A stretch of DNA of 56,801 nt from Planctomycetia bacterium (GTDB lineage Bacteria > Planctomycetota > Planctomycetia > Pirellulales > UBA1268). Below are positions 37,436-47,918 of this stretch, piece after piece. The notes beneath the pieces were generated by a model. That model saw only the letters and a program-made list of their open reading frames with translations. It did no database searches and was not told where the DNA came from. Within the stretch, counting starts at the first letter, position 1. The number at the start of each line of letters is the position of its first letter. The stretch spans positions 1 to 56,801 of the forward strand of contig JBJTOU010000200.1 of NCBI GenBank assembly GCA_046074725.1. Direction: 5' to 3'. A program made the translations under genes and the position numbers.

Positions 37436-40400
37436 ATGACGCCCTCCCGACCGACCGATCCGGCGGCACTCGTCCTCGGATATCTCAACTTTTCGTCAGG
37501 ATCGTTCGATCCCGCAGCCTGGCGGGCCATGAACGACCTCTTCGCCACGATCGAAACGGCTCCCGGGCTCGACGGCGCGGCCGTCGCAGAGGGGGGCGAC
37601 TCATCGGCCGCCGTGGCCTCCGCCCTGAGGCACAGGCTCGCCGAGCTCGAGGCATCGGAGCCGGCCTTCCGACAATCCGCCCAGGCGCGGGCCGCGATCG
37701 ACATGGTTCTGGATGTGGTCCCCAAAGCCTACCGCGATTACCACTCCGATCTGATCGAGCACCAGCCCCGCGGTGCGATCGAACGGCCCTTTTTCCTGAT
37801 GGCCGTCGCACAGGCGGTGCTGGCCGAGGGGGCCGGCGGCGATGATCTGAGCGACCCGGTTTCCGGTCGGCTCGTCGAGCGTGTTCTCGCGCGGCTCAAC
37901 GACTACGTGGGATGGCGTCCGGTGGCCGTCCTTGAAAACGGTCGCCTGTCGGAACCATATCCGCACGAACGGGTTCGGCCGATTCCGATCTTCATCAACG
38001 GCGCCGGCCCGGCCCATGGCCGCTATCGTGATCTCGTGCAGGGGGCGATCGACATCCTCGCCGCCGCGCCTCCCGATCTCATGAGGCAAGCCGACTTCGA
38101 TCTTGCGATGCTCGAAGAACTGGCGATCGATCCTCGCGCCTTCGATTTTCTCCATCCGGCTGCCAGCCGGCCCAACTATCTTTTTGGCCTGTGGGATCCG
38201 GGACGGATCGACACGCACGGGTGCTACCGTCGGATGGTCGTGCAGCAGGCAACGCTCGACGGAATCCTGTCATGGCCGTGCGCCGCCGGGCCTGAGCAGC
38301 CGGAGGCCGGCCTGCTGGCGGAGCTGCGCCGGGAATCCTCGGCCGTCCTCGCGGGCGTTATGCTCATGGCCTCCGGTCTCTCGGGACACGGGCCCGGCGC
38401 CCACCAGGCGGGCCTTCCCCTCGCCGAACTGCTGCCACGCATCGCGGGCTACCGCGATGCGTTCTACCGCTGGCTCGTGGAACGGCTTCCGGAGCCGCAC
38501 CGCGACCGCCTGAACGAGGAAACCCACCGGCTTCGACAGCCCTTCGGCGGCGTGCGACGCCACATCAACACGCTGCTTGCCGGCCGGCGGGCGAGGCAGG
38601 TGGAGAGCGTCGCCCTCTCGGCAGTCATGTCGCGTCTCGGCCGTGCCACCGAGGCGGAGCGGCTGGCGGGCATCGTGCCGGCCGCCTCGGCGCGGATGCT
38701 GGCACGAATCAGCGGCAGCGTCGTGGCCGCCCGACAGGCTCTCCAACCCGCACCGTCGGCCGCCGGTGGTGCCGGCGCGGCGCTCGATCATCTCGACACA
38801 GCGGCCGATCTCCTGTTTCGCGCGGTCGGCTGCGGTGCCACCGTCGATCCGTGGAACATTCTCGGGCTGGCCGGTCAGTTTCCGCTTCACGAGCCGGGCG
38901 GGGAGAGCCTGACCGATCCCAGGGTCGATGACCTCATCACCACGACCGGCTCGATCCTCGATGGCTATGCGGCCGTGTGGCGGCAGGCGGCGATCGGTGG
39001 CGCGATCGCCGATGCCACCCGCGCCTCGAACTCGCTCGAGCGGCTTGCCACATGGTGGGATCGCTTCGCCACGACCACGGTCTCGGGTGTCGAGCACCTT
39101 TCGGGCCGCGAGGTTCGTGACTCGACGCGCGAAGTAATCGAGTCGCTCGACCGCCGCCACGAGTCCGGCCCCGAACCGCCGCCCCCGGGCTTCTGGCGGA
39201 AGGAGGTCGCCTCGTTCTCGTCGCCGAGGAGCCATGCGCAGGCGGCCGATGCGTTGCTGCGGGAAGGAGATCTCGACGGCGCGATGGGGCTGCTCGTCCA
39301 CTGGGCATCGCTCCTGGAAGGACAAACGCTCGATCAACTCGGCGGGGAATGGCTGGCGGCGGCGGCCCGCTGGATGGGCCGAGCGTTCACCGATCGATCG
39401 CCGGCCGGGCGATCGCGAGTCAGGCGGTTTCTGGAACTGGTCGACGCGAACACCAGTGGGATCGCCGACATCATCGAGATGGTCGCGGCCGGGCGGGATC
39501 CCGGCGGCCGACGTGGCGAGGCCATGGCATCGCCCGGGGAAGCCGAGGACGAGCATCCCGACGCGCAGGAGAGCGTAGCCAGTGCCTATGAATCGATGGT
39601 GTGGCGCGACTCCACCGACGACGGCGTCGATGGCGGGATGCTCGAGTTCGACCTGCCGGGCGGCACGTCGGGCACCGGCCCGGCCGCCCTCGAGCAGGCG
39701 GCGGATTTTCTCGCAGGCTGCGCCCGACTGGTGCAGCATGCCGTCACGGCATCGTGCGCGGCCGACATCGCCGAAGGAGGCGGGCCGACTCGTGAGGAGA
39801 TCGATGCGACGGTCGCCGCGCGGCATTCGATGCGACGGCAGCGACGCGCCATGATTCGGGCGGCAATGCTCATCACGTCGGAGGACATCGCCACCGATCC
39901 GGGGATGCCGGCGGCCGAGCTCGAACGGCTGCGGTGGCAGCTGGATGCCGCGGCCGAACGGCTCATCGAGGCCGCGGTCAAGGCGACCGAGACGTCGTGG
40001 ATGCTTTCGGCGCGGCTCCGGATCGATGGGCCGCGACAGCCTCGCGACGCGGAGCGGAGGCCCATGGGCCGCGGACTGATCGGCCCTCTCTTCGCCGCAA
40101 TTCTTCAGGGCGATGCACCGCAGGCGCGGGAACTGCTCGACAGGCTGTGCAACCGCCTCGTCGGTAAGGCGGTGCTCTACGTGCCGCTGTCACGCGGCGG
40201 CCGGCCCGATCGGATCGTTCGTGCCCGGTGCCGCGAACGTCTGTTGGCGAAACTCGCCGCCTGCCTGCCAAGGATCGGCTTGGTGACGGAGACCACGCGG
40301 ATCGTCCTCATGGCCAAGGGGCTCGAGGGAAAACGGCCGGCCGGCGGAGCGAGCGTCAGCGAGTTCGATCGCGTGTTCGAGGCGGCAACCATGTCGCTCG

Positions 40401-41488
40401 TGGAGCGCATCGTCGAAAGCGCCCATGTGCCTGCCCCGGGAGCGCCGCCCGTCGATGACGCGACGGCGACCCAGAGGATTCTGGACGGCTTGGCCCTGCT
40501 GGTGCCGAGGCTCCTGGAGACCTGGATGACACACGCCCGTCAGTTGCGGCTCTCGGTACTCGAGCGGGTCCGTGAGCAGAAGGCCTTCGACGGAGTGCGC
40601 GAGTTCGTCGAGCAGTATGGCTCGGGCCTGTTCACGCAGCACCTGCTCGCACCGCCGTCGCTGCGGGGAATTCTCCGCGGTGGCGTCAAAGCCCTCCTGG
40701 AGCGGTTGATCGATCGCGACCAACGCGATCACGGAGACGAGATCGGTCAGGAATCGCCCTCCCGCCGTCCGGCCAAGCTCCTCGACGATCTCGCGTCCGG
40801 AAGGTTGACGATGAAGTCGGCACAGGCCCGGATTCGGCTCGTTCTGGAGAGCGTTGCCGAGAATCATGCCGAATACCGCGACTGGAACTCGACGACGACC
40901 CAGTCGGACCGTGGTGAATGCGTCCATGTGTTGCTCGACTTTCTCCGCATCAAGGCGGAGTACGACCGCATCACATGGACACTGCGACCGGTCACGATGG
41001 CCCACCGGGTGCTGGCCAGACGGGGCGAATCGGGGGCGGCCACCGCCTGGCGCCGTCGGCTGCGGGACGAGACGGCGGAAACCGCGGCGGGGCTGACGAA
41101 ACGTCTGGCTGACGTGGAGCGCGAGACGGGGGTGCGGCTGGCGAGCGTCGGCGATCGCATCCGCCGCGCCTTCACGGCGCCCCTGGAACAGGACGATCTC
41201 GAATCGTTCGTCGAACCCGCCGTGTCCGAACTCTCCACAGGCTCGCCCCACGGAGCTGGTGCCCGGCTCGAAGAGAAGGCCCGCGGATTTCTCGGCGTCG
41301 CCAGCGGGTCAGGCGTTGAGGTGCCGGAATGGCTCGAGCGACTCACCATCACGGTCGATCGCACCCTGGAGCGGGCCGATGTCGAGACGGTCGCAGCCAC
41401 GGCGTTCTCGCGCTCGGGCTCTCTTCCCGATGCGGTGGCATGGGCGGTGATGCCATGGTCGGCCCTCCACGAATCGCTCTCGAAGTAG
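37436..41488 (+). CDS. Large (~1350 aa) helical protein of unknown function
   Basis: Uninterrupted ORF with conserved-looking blocks (LGYLNFSSG, YVGWRPVAVLE, VDPWNILG, EYRDWNSTTTQSDRGE). No recognisable domain. Confidence 0.85.
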   Translation: MTPSRPTDPAALVLGYLNFSSGSFDPAAWRAMNDLFATIETAPGLDGAAVAEGGDSSAAVASALRHRLAELEASEPAFRQSAQARAAIDMVLDVVPKAYRDYHSDLIEHQPRGAIERPFFLMAVAQAVLAEGAGGDDLSDPVSGRLVERVLARLNDYVGWRPVAVLENGRLSEPYPHERVRPIPIFINGAGPAHGRYRDLVQGAIDILAAAPPDLMRQADFDLAMLEELAIDPRAFDFLHPAASRPNYLFGLWDPGRIDTHGCYRRMVVQQATLDGILSWPCAAGPEQPEAGLLAELRRESSAVLAGVMLMASGLSGHGPGAHQAGLPLAELLPRIAGYRDAFYRWLVERLPEPHRDRLNEETHRLRQPFGGVRRHINTLLAGRRARQVESVALSAVMSRLGRATEAERLAGIVPAASARMLARISGSVVAARQALQPAPSAAGGAGAALDHLDTAADLLFRAVGCGATVDPWNILGLAGQFPLHEPGGESLTDPRVDDLITTTGSILDGYAAVWRQAAIGGAIADATRASNSLERLATWWDRFATTTVSGVEHLSGREVRDSTREVIESLDRRHESGPEPPPPGFWRKEVASFSSPRSHAQAADALLREGDLDGAMGLLVHWASLLEGQTLDQLGGEWLAAAARWMGRAFTDRSPAGRSRVRRFLELVDANTSGIADIIEMVAAGRDPGGRRGEAMASPGEAEDEHPDAQESVASAYESMVWRDSTDDGVDGGMLEFDLPGGTSGTGPAALEQAADFLAGCARLVQHAVTASCAADIAEGGGPTREEIDATVAARHSMRRQRRAMIRAAMLITSEDIATDPGMPAAELERLRWQLDAAAERLIEAAVKATETSWMLSARLRIDGPRQPRDAERRPMGRGLIGPLFAAILQGDAPQARELLDRLCNRLVGKAVLYVPLSRGGRPDRIVRARCRERLLAKLAACLPRIGLVTETTRIVLMAKGLEGKRPAGGASVSEFDRVFEAATMSLVERIVESAHVPAPGAPPVDDATATQRILDGLALLVPRLLETWMTHARQLRLSVLERVREQKAFDGVREFVEQYGSGLFTQHLLAPPSLRGILRGGVKALLERLIDRDQRDHGDEIGQESPSRRPAKLLDDLASGRLTMKSAQARIRLVLESVAENHAEYRDWNSTTTQSDRGECVHVLLDFLRIKAEYDRITWTLRPVTMAHRVLARRGESGAATAWRRRLRDETAETAAGLTKRLADVERETGVRLASVGDRIRRAFTAPLEQDDLESFVEPAVSELSTGSPHGAGARLEEKARGFLGVASGSGVEVPEWLERLTITVDRTLERADVETVAATAFSRSGSLPDAVAWAVMPWSALHESLSK

Positions 41489-41530
41489 TTCGCGGTGTCG
41501 TGATGACAGCCACGATCGGGAGCGGAATGC

Positions 41531-41539
41531 TGGTACAAT
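41531..41539 (+). promoter_or_regulatory. Extended -10 promoter TGG-TACAAT, 7 nt upstream of the lipB-like ATG
   Basis: TGnTACAAT followed by exactly 7 nt and ATG 41547; no SD. Confidence 0.6.
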
Positions 41540-41546
41540 GCGCGGC

Positions 41547-42311
41547 ATGACGAGATCTCGACGCCACGCAACACAGCGCTCGCTCGCCGTCTGGCTGGCG
41601 GGAAGGATCGGGCTGGAAGCCTACGCCGGCATGGCGGAGAGGCTGGCGTGGGACGTTTCGGAGCCGGACGGAAGGCCTCCGACGCTCGTGCTCTACGAGC
41701 CCGAGCCGTCGATCACCATCGGCCGGGCCGGCTCGCGCACCGATGTCGATCTGTCCGACGACGAACTCCGGTCGAGGCAGATCGCGATCCGGTTCGTCGG
41801 CCGTGGCGGCGGAGCGGTGCCGCACGGACCGGGGCAGGTGGGAATCGCCCTCTTTGCCAAACTGGAGGACCTCGGCCTGGCCAGGCATGATGTCGGAGGC
41901 TATCTCGAACGGCTCGAGGCGGCCATCGAAGGGGCGGTCCGTGGTCTGCGGTGTGGCGCCGCCCGCGACTCGCGGGCGGCGGGCGTTTTTGGTCGTACCG
42001 GCCTGCTGGCCGCCGTCGGGATCGCCGTGCGACGCGGCGTGGCCTGGCATGGCGGCTTTCTCAACGTGCAGCCACTCGCCCTCCCCATGCACCGCGTGCG
42101 GACTGCTCCCATGGCCGCCGCGGCGGGGATGCGTACCATGTCGTCGGTCGAGGCCGACGTCCAACGCCGGATCCGGGTGCAGGATGCCCGCACGATGATC
42201 ATCGAACAGGTGGCAGACGCCTTCGGTTTCGGCGAGTCGCATGTCCACCCGGGCATGCCAGTGTCCATCCGTGAAGTCCCTCTCCGGGAGCCTGCGAGCC
42301 GTGCCGGATAA
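41547..42311 (+). CDS. LipB-like (octanoyltransferase fold) protein lacking the catalytic Lys and Cys
   Basis: ITIGRAG, RGGGAVPHGPGQ and AVGIAVRRGVAWHGGFLNV align to LipB. The KI motif reads LL and the PCG motif is absent. Confidence 0.82.
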   Translation: MTRSRRHATQRSLAVWLAGRIGLEAYAGMAERLAWDVSEPDGRPPTLVLYEPEPSITIGRAGSRTDVDLSDDELRSRQIAIRFVGRGGGAVPHGPGQVGIALFAKLEDLGLARHDVGGYLERLEAAIEGAVRGLRCGAARDSRAAGVFGRTGLLAAVGIAVRRGVAWHGGFLNVQPLALPMHRVRTAPMAAAAGMRTMSSVEADVQRRIRVQDARTMIIEQVADAFGFGESHVHPGMPVSIREVPLREPASRAG

Positions 42312-43218
42312 TCTCCTTTCCCTCCCGATCGTCGAAGCCTCCGCGCCGGTGACGGCCACGCCTGCCCGCAGGCTGCCGCCATGGCTGCGTCGCAACCTCG
42401 AGCCGGGCGGGGGCCACGGCGAGACGGCGCACCTGATCGCCGAACTCGGCCTGGAGACGGTCTGCTCGTCGGCCAAATGCCCCAATCGGCTCGAATGCTG
42501 GTCGCAACGGACGGCGACGTTCATGATCCTCGGAAACGTCTGCACGCGGCCGTGCGGCTTCTGCTCGGTGCCACGGGGCAAGACCGAGGAACTCGAGCTC
42601 GACGAGCCGCAGCGAGTGGCCGAGGCGGCACGGCGGCTGGGGCTCGCCCATGTCGTGATCACGAGCGTCACCCGCGACGATCTGCCCGATGGCGGGGCTG
42701 ACCACTTTCGGCAGACGGTCGAGGCCGTCCGGGCCGCCACCGGCGCGGTGGTCGAGGTGCTCGTGCCCGATTTTCTGGGCAAGGAAGGGGCGCTCGAGCG
42801 TCTCATGGAGGCGAAGCCCGATGTCTTCAACCACAACACCGAGACCGTGCCGCGGCTCTATCGAACGGTCCGCGGTCGCAGAAGCGTCTACGCCTGGACA
42901 CTCCAGCTGCTCGCCGACGCCAAGCGAATCCTCCCGTCCGTGAAGACCAAGAGTGGCCTCATGCTCGGGCTCGGTGAGACGCGCGACGAATTGCTTGATG
43001 TCTTCGCCGACCTGCTCGACCATGGCGTCGATTTCCTCACGCTCGGACAATACCTGCAGCCCACGCCCGACTCGCTTCCGGTGGAGCGGTATGTGCCGCC
43101 CGAGGAGTTCGACGAGATCGGCGACCTGGCCCGGCGCATGGGATTCGCGAAGGTGGCCTCCGGCCCGTTCGTACGATCGAGCTACCATGCCCGCGAGATG
43201 AACGAGGGGCCGGGCTGA
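42301..43218 (+). CDS. lipA: Lipoyl synthase
   Basis: CSSAKCPNRLEC (CX4CX5C), CTRPCGFC (radical SAM), NHNTETV and RSSY. GTG start overlapping the upstream gene. Confidence 0.96.
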   Translation: MPDNLLSLPIVEASAPVTATPARRLPPWLRRNLEPGGGHGETAHLIAELGLETVCSSAKCPNRLECWSQRTATFMILGNVCTRPCGFCSVPRGKTEELELDEPQRVAEAARRLGLAHVVITSVTRDDLPDGGADHFRQTVEAVRAATGAVVEVLVPDFLGKEGALERLMEAKPDVFNHNTETVPRLYRTVRGRRSVYAWTLQLLADAKRILPSVKTKSGLMLGLGETRDELLDVFADLLDHGVDFLTLGQYLQPTPDSLPVERYVPPEEFDEIGDLARRMGFAKVASGPFVRSSYHAREMNEGPG

Positions 43219-43236
43219 CGGTGTCGGGCGCCCCGC

Positions 43237-44304
43237 CTACTCGCCCGCATCCTCGAGGCCGTGCTCGAGGAGTTTCTTGCGCAGCGTGTTGCGGTTGATA
43301 CCGAGGCGGGCAGCAGCCTTGAGCTGGACGCCGTTGCAGGCGGCGAGCATCTGTGCGATCAGTTCCCGTTCCACACGACTGACGATCCGGTCGAAGAGGG
43401 TGTCGTCGTCGGGTCCGGCCGTCGCCATGCCCTGCTCGACGAGATCGCGGGCGAGGCTGTCGAGGTCGCCTCCGCGGCCGGGCATCGACACGGTCGGCCG
43501 TCCGCCCCGCATCGCGGGGGGCAGCAGGTCGAGCGTGATCTCGTCGCCCGGCGCCAGCACCACGCACCGTTCGACGACGTTTTGCAGCTCCCGCACATTG
43601 CCCGGCCAGTGGTAGGCGACCAATGCGTCCGTCGCCTCCTTCTGGATGTGCACCACGTACCGCTCGCACTCCCGATTGTAGTGCTCGAGAAAATGGGTCA
43701 GGAGCAGCGGAATGTCTTCTCGACGCGAACGCAACGGAGGAATGGAGATCGGCACCACGTTGAGCCGGTAGTAGAGGTCTTCCCGGAACGTCTCCTTCGC
43801 CACCTCGTCGAGCAGCTCCCGATTGCTCGCGGCAATCACGCGGGTATCGACGCTGATCGTCTCGGTATCGCCCACCCGCTCGAACTCCCGCTCCTGCAGG
43901 ACTCGCAGAAGTTTCACCTGCAGCTTGGGCGTCGTGGAGTTGATCTCGTCGAGAAAGATCGTGCCGGTATGGGCCGCCTCGAACCGGCCGGCACGATTGG
44001 CCACGGCGCCGGTGAACGCTCCGCGGACGTGCCCGAAGAGTTCGCTCTCCAAGAGGCTCTCCGAGAGGGCGCCGCAGTTGACGCGGACGAACGGCCCGGT
44101 GCTCCGCGGCGAGAGCCGATGAATGGCCTTTGCGATCAGTTCCTTGCCCGTGCCGGTCTCGCCCATGAGCAGCACCGAGGCATTCGAGGCGGCCACGCGC
44201 CGGGTCATGGCATAAACGGCCTGCATCGCCGGGCTCGAACCGATCAGGCCCTCGATGGGGGGCGCGGCGGCGGCATCGCCGGATGAGGCGGGATTACGGA
44301 GCAT
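43237..44304 (-). CDS. Sigma-54 enhancer-binding protein (AAA+ and Fis HTH) without a sensory domain
   Basis: [45 protein letters not shown]. Only about 17 aa precede the AAA+ domain. Confidence 0.93.
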   Translation of the reverse strand: MLRNPASSGDAAAAPPIEGLIGSSPAMQAVYAMTRRVAASNASVLLMGETGTGKELIAKAIHRLSPRSTGPFVRVNCGALSESLLESELFGHVRGAFTGAVANRAGRFEAAHTGTIFLDEINSTTPKLQVKLLRVLQEREFERVGDTETISVDTRVIAASNRELLDEVAKETFREDLYYRLNVVPISIPPLRSRREDIPLLLTHFLEHYNRECERYVVHIQKEATDALVAYHWPGNVRELQNVVERCVVLAPGDEITLDLLPPAMRGGRPTVSMPGRGGDLDSLARDLVEQGMATAGPDDDTLFDRIVSRVERELIAQMLAACNGVQLKAAARLGINRNTLRKKLLEHGLEDAGE

Positions 44305-46657
44305 CGACTCGGGCGGTACGGGGGCGGATGCGTGGCGACTCGACGATTTCGAGTAGGGCGCCGGCCTGGTCGCGGCTGTCCGCATCGATCGCTCGATTGT
44401 ACATGGTGGAGAGCCGGAGCACGTCGTCGCGCTCGAGCAAGAGACCATACCGCCGGACGTTGGCCGCGAATCCGGCCCGCGCCGAGCCTCGCCAGGCCTC
44501 CGGCACATCGCGCTGCCATGCCTCGTGAAAGAGCGCCCGCTGGGCGGCCGGATCGCCCGCCGTCGCGAGGACCGCCACGGCGGCGTCGTGGAGGTCGGGA
44601 TGTTGGATCGCCGAACGGGCCACCCATACCGCCTGGGAGACATCCCATCCGCGCTCGCCGAGCGAGGCCAGCGTGATCATCGCCGTACGAGCCCGGGCTA
44701 GTCGAGCAGCTGCTCGCGCGGCACGCCGCTCCGGGTCGCCCGCGCGCGGTCCGGCGGCAATCGCGAGAGCATCGAGGAATCGCGGGGGCCTGGGTGCCGC
44801 GCCATCTGCCACAGGATCGGTGGCTGGCAGAAAAAAACTCTCCACGCGATCGACGATCGCCACACATTCGACATCGGCGAACGACGTGATCAGTCGGGAC
44901 AGGAACAGTCCTCGCGGATTGTCGTCGAGAGGATCGACGACGACGAGCACGGGAGGCGTCTCGAGATCGCTCCCGAGTCGGAGCAGTTCTACCGTCTCCA
45001 GCGCCGACGGGCTCCCGAGGCGGGCCGCCAGGATCACGAGCACCGTGTCGGCCGAATCGCGGGCGGCGAGGATCGCGTCGCGACCGTTTCGCACACGGAT
45101 CGTCTCGTAGCCATGCCGCGACAGCCCGGCCGCCAGCTCCTCGACGATCGTGAGGTCGGGATGGGCCACAATCGCCCGATCGTCGCCCGTCGATGTGGCG
45201 GCATGGACGAGGTTGCGCACGACACGGCTGGCACCGCGGTAGGGCGGATCGCCGCCGCGGGCGGCCAGCGTGACGGCGGCCTCGAAGGCGAGGGTGGCAT
45301 CGGGAGCAGAGAGCCCGCGGACAAGTGCCTCGCGGACAGCCGGCGCCAGCGGAGACGCCGGCGTCGTGCCGCCTTCCGGTCGGTTCGCCTGCGACAGCCG
45401 CATGGCCCTCGCGGCCGCGCCCGCGGCCTGCTTCATCCCACGGGCGGCGGCCTCGTCGAGCACTTCAGCGACGATGGCCGAATCGAATCCTTCCGGTCCG
45501 GAGAGCGCCGCCAGCATGGCTTCATCGGAGGGAATTCCATCGACCGCCGAGGGATTTATCGCAGCCAGCGCCGACTCCATCTCGAGCCTGGACAGCAGGA
45601 TGAGCCTGATGTGGGCTGGATCGGTGGGGCCCATCGCCGCGAGATCGCGGGCCAGGTGAACGGCCCTCTCGGCACGTGCCAGTCGCGTCGGCATCGAGCC
45701 GCGCTGCGGCGCAGCAGCCTGCGGATTCCATCTGACGCGGTCGATGGTCGTTGCATCGAGGCTGTCGGCCTGCGGGAGACCGGCGGGAGAGAGCAGCCAG
45801 TCGAGCCGACGGGCCACGAGGAACCGGGCCATGTCGGGCGTGGGCGTGATCCCGTGAGCCGCAAGCACACGGCCGGCGGCGGCCCGAACCGGCGGCGGCG
45901 CATCGGCTGCGAGCGCCGGGCCGAGCAGGTATTCGGTCTCCTCGCCGCTCCATGGGGCGAGCGCCGCGATCACGCCCGGCCACCGGTCGATGTCGGCCGA
46001 TCCAAGCCATGCCAGGAGCGCATCGCGGCCATCCTCGCCCATGCCACGCACGAGCCCACGGGCGATGCCGCGGGCAACCTCGCCCGCATCGTCCTCGGTC
46101 TGCAGCAGGGCGACCAGCGCGGGCAGGGCATCGATGCCCGATCGGGCGATCTGTCCTGCGGCCTCGAGCCGTTCAGGGCGGGACTCGCTGCGGAGCCCGT
46201 CGATGGCCGCGGCCATCCGCTTCGGGTCGCGGCGCCGCAGGCCCGCGGCGTCGGTGAGCGAGCCGAGCAGTCTGGGGGCATCGGGCTCGTAGCGCGCGAT
46301 CCCCCGTTCCAGTCGGCGGATGCCGGCCGCATCGACGGCATCGCCGAGGTCGGCGATCAGATCGACCCGGTTTTCTCCGGCCTCCTCCAGGGCAGCGACG
46401 AAGCCACGGTAGAAGTCGATGGCGTCGGCCACGGCATCAACATCGATGGTCGCGATCGCGGCGTCGAGCCATGCCCGTGCCGTTTTTGGGGCCGGCTGCC
46501 GCCGCGACTCGACGACGGCGCGGGCCATCGGATCGAGCGCGACGCGAGGCGGATCCTGTCGCTCCGCCGCCCAGGCCTGGGCGTGGCGGGGCGCGGCCGC
46601 CGCCGTCACGAGCGCGAGGGCCAGGAGCGTGCCACGAGATCGAGACGTTGTCGCCAT
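44294..46657 (-). CDS. HEAT-repeat-like protein with signal peptide and an internal degenerate receiver-like domain
   Basis: Signal peptide, helical repeats ([33 protein letters not shown]), REC-like segment near the C-terminus. Confidence 0.75.
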   Translation of the reverse strand: MATTSRSRGTLLALALVTAAAAPRHAQAWAAERQDPPRVALDPMARAVVESRRQPAPKTARAWLDAAIATIDVDAVADAIDFYRGFVAALEEAGENRVDLIADLGDAVDAAGIRRLERGIARYEPDAPRLLGSLTDAAGLRRRDPKRMAAAIDGLRSESRPERLEAAGQIARSGIDALPALVALLQTEDDAGEVARGIARGLVRGMGEDGRDALLAWLGSADIDRWPGVIAALAPWSGEETEYLLGPALAADAPPPVRAAAGRVLAAHGITPTPDMARFLVARRLDWLLSPAGLPQADSLDATTIDRVRWNPQAAAPQRGSMPTRLARAERAVHLARDLAAMGPTDPAHIRLILLSRLEMESALAAINPSAVDGIPSDEAMLAALSGPEGFDSAIVAEVLDEAAARGMKQAAGAAARAMRLSQANRPEGGTTPASPLAPAVREALVRGLSAPDATLAFEAAVTLAARGGDPPYRGASRVVRNLVHAATSTGDDRAIVAHPDLTIVEELAAGLSRHGYETIRVRNGRDAILAARDSADTVLVILAARLGSPSALETVELLRLGSDLETPPVLVVVDPLDDNPRGLFLSRLITSFADVECVAIVDRVESFFLPATDPVADGAAPRPPRFLDALAIAAGPRAGDPERRAARAAARLARARTAMITLASLGERGWDVSQAVWVARSAIQHPDLHDAAVAVLATAGDPAAQRALFHEAWQRDVPEAWRGSARAGFAANVRRYGLLLERDDVLRLSTMYNRAIDADSRDQAGALLEIVESPRIRPRTARVDAP

Positions 46658-46792
46658 GCACCGACAACGTCGGCACGTCGTGCCGGCACGATCGATCCGA
46701 AGCCATTTCTTCGCGCAACTGCCCGCGATCCACAGGGAACCGGGGTCGCGCGGCCATCCCAACCGTCAGACTTTCACCACCCCTCGCATCTG

Positions 46793-47896
46793 TCACTCAC
46801 GGCGAGTCTGCCCACGCTCCCTGGCAACGCGGCCGGTCTGTGCCCTCGTGACCGCTTCGCCCACGGCGGCGGCAATGTCGGGGAGCGGAACGACGCGATC
46901 GACCACGCCGAGTTCGACCGCGGCCCGGGGCATGCCGTAGACGACGCAGGTCGATTCATGCTCGGCGATCGTCGTGCCGCCCGCAGCGTGAATCGCCTGC
47001 ATGCCGACCGCTCCGTCGCTGCCCATGCCGGTGAGCAACACGCCCACGGCATGTCGCCCGGCCGCTTCCGCAGCCGACCGGAAGAGCACATCGACGGCCG
47101 GGCGACAGTGGTGGATGGGAGGGGTCCGCAAAAGCTTGGTGACATGCACCCCGGCACGGAACTCGACGGCCAGGTGAAAATCACCCGGCGCGATCACGCA
47201 ACTGCCCGCACGGAGTGGCTCGTTATCGACCGCCTCATGGACATCGATGCCGCTGATCGCGTCGAGACGATCGGCGACCGCCTTGGAGAAGAAGGCCGAG
47301 ATGTGCTGTACGACGGCGATCGGCGGCAGTCCCGGTGGAAGCCTCGGAATGATCTGGCGGAGTGCCTCCACGCCGCCGGTCGATGCGCCGATGACGATGA
47401 GTTGCCGGGCGTCGGGCGCCGCAGCGGGCCTCTCCACCAGGGGGCCGGGCATCGACGGGCGGGCCTCGCCTCGCCGCAGCCGCGGGGCCGCGGCCGCCGC
47501 CGCCTTGACGTGGAAGGCAAGCTTGTCGGCGAGCGCCCCGATCGACATCGTGCCATCGGGCTTCGCGAGCACGTCCACGGCACCGGCCTCGACCGCTTCG
47601 AGCGCGGCCTGCGATCCCTGCTGAGCCAGCGAGCTGACCACGACCACCGGCAAGGGGTGGTGCTCCATGAGGATCCGCAGGAATGTCAGACCGTCCATCC
47701 TCGGCATCTCGAGATCAAGCGTGAGGACGTCGGGGTCCAACTGTGCGATCTTTTCCCGGGCCACGTAGGGATCGCAGGCCGTCGCCACCACCTCCAGCGC
47801 CGGATCGCGGGCGAGTGCCTCGCTGATCGCGCGCCGGACGAGCGCCGAATCATCGACGACGAGGACGCGGATCTTCCTGTTCTGAGTTCCGTTCAT
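46793..47896 (-). CDS. cheB: Chemotaxis response regulator methylesterase
   Basis: REC (VLVVDDS, LTLDLEMP) plus esterase motifs GASTGG, VQH and GVLLTGMGSDG. Confidence 0.96.
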   Translation of the reverse strand: MNGTQNRKIRVLVVDDSALVRRAISEALARDPALEVVATACDPYVAREKIAQLDPDVLTLDLEMPRMDGLTFLRILMEHHPLPVVVVSSLAQQGSQAALEAVEAGAVDVLAKPDGTMSIGALADKLAFHVKAAAAAAPRLRRGEARPSMPGPLVERPAAAPDARQLIVIGASTGGVEALRQIIPRLPPGLPPIAVVQHISAFFSKAVADRLDAISGIDVHEAVDNEPLRAGSCVIAPGDFHLAVEFRAGVHVTKLLRTPPIHHCRPAVDVLFRSAAEAAGRHAVGVLLTGMGSDGAVGMQAIHAAGGTTIAEHESTCVVYGMPRAAVELGVVDRVVPLPDIAAAVGEAVTRAQTGRVARERGQTRRE

Positions 47897-47918
47897 GGTT
47901 GTGTGTCGCCCCGCGCGT

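Noticed and set aside
41547-42311. lipB-like gene as a decaying pseudogene
   Set aside because: Full-length frame, intact structural motifs, strong promoter and overlap with lipA argue for a maintained gene.
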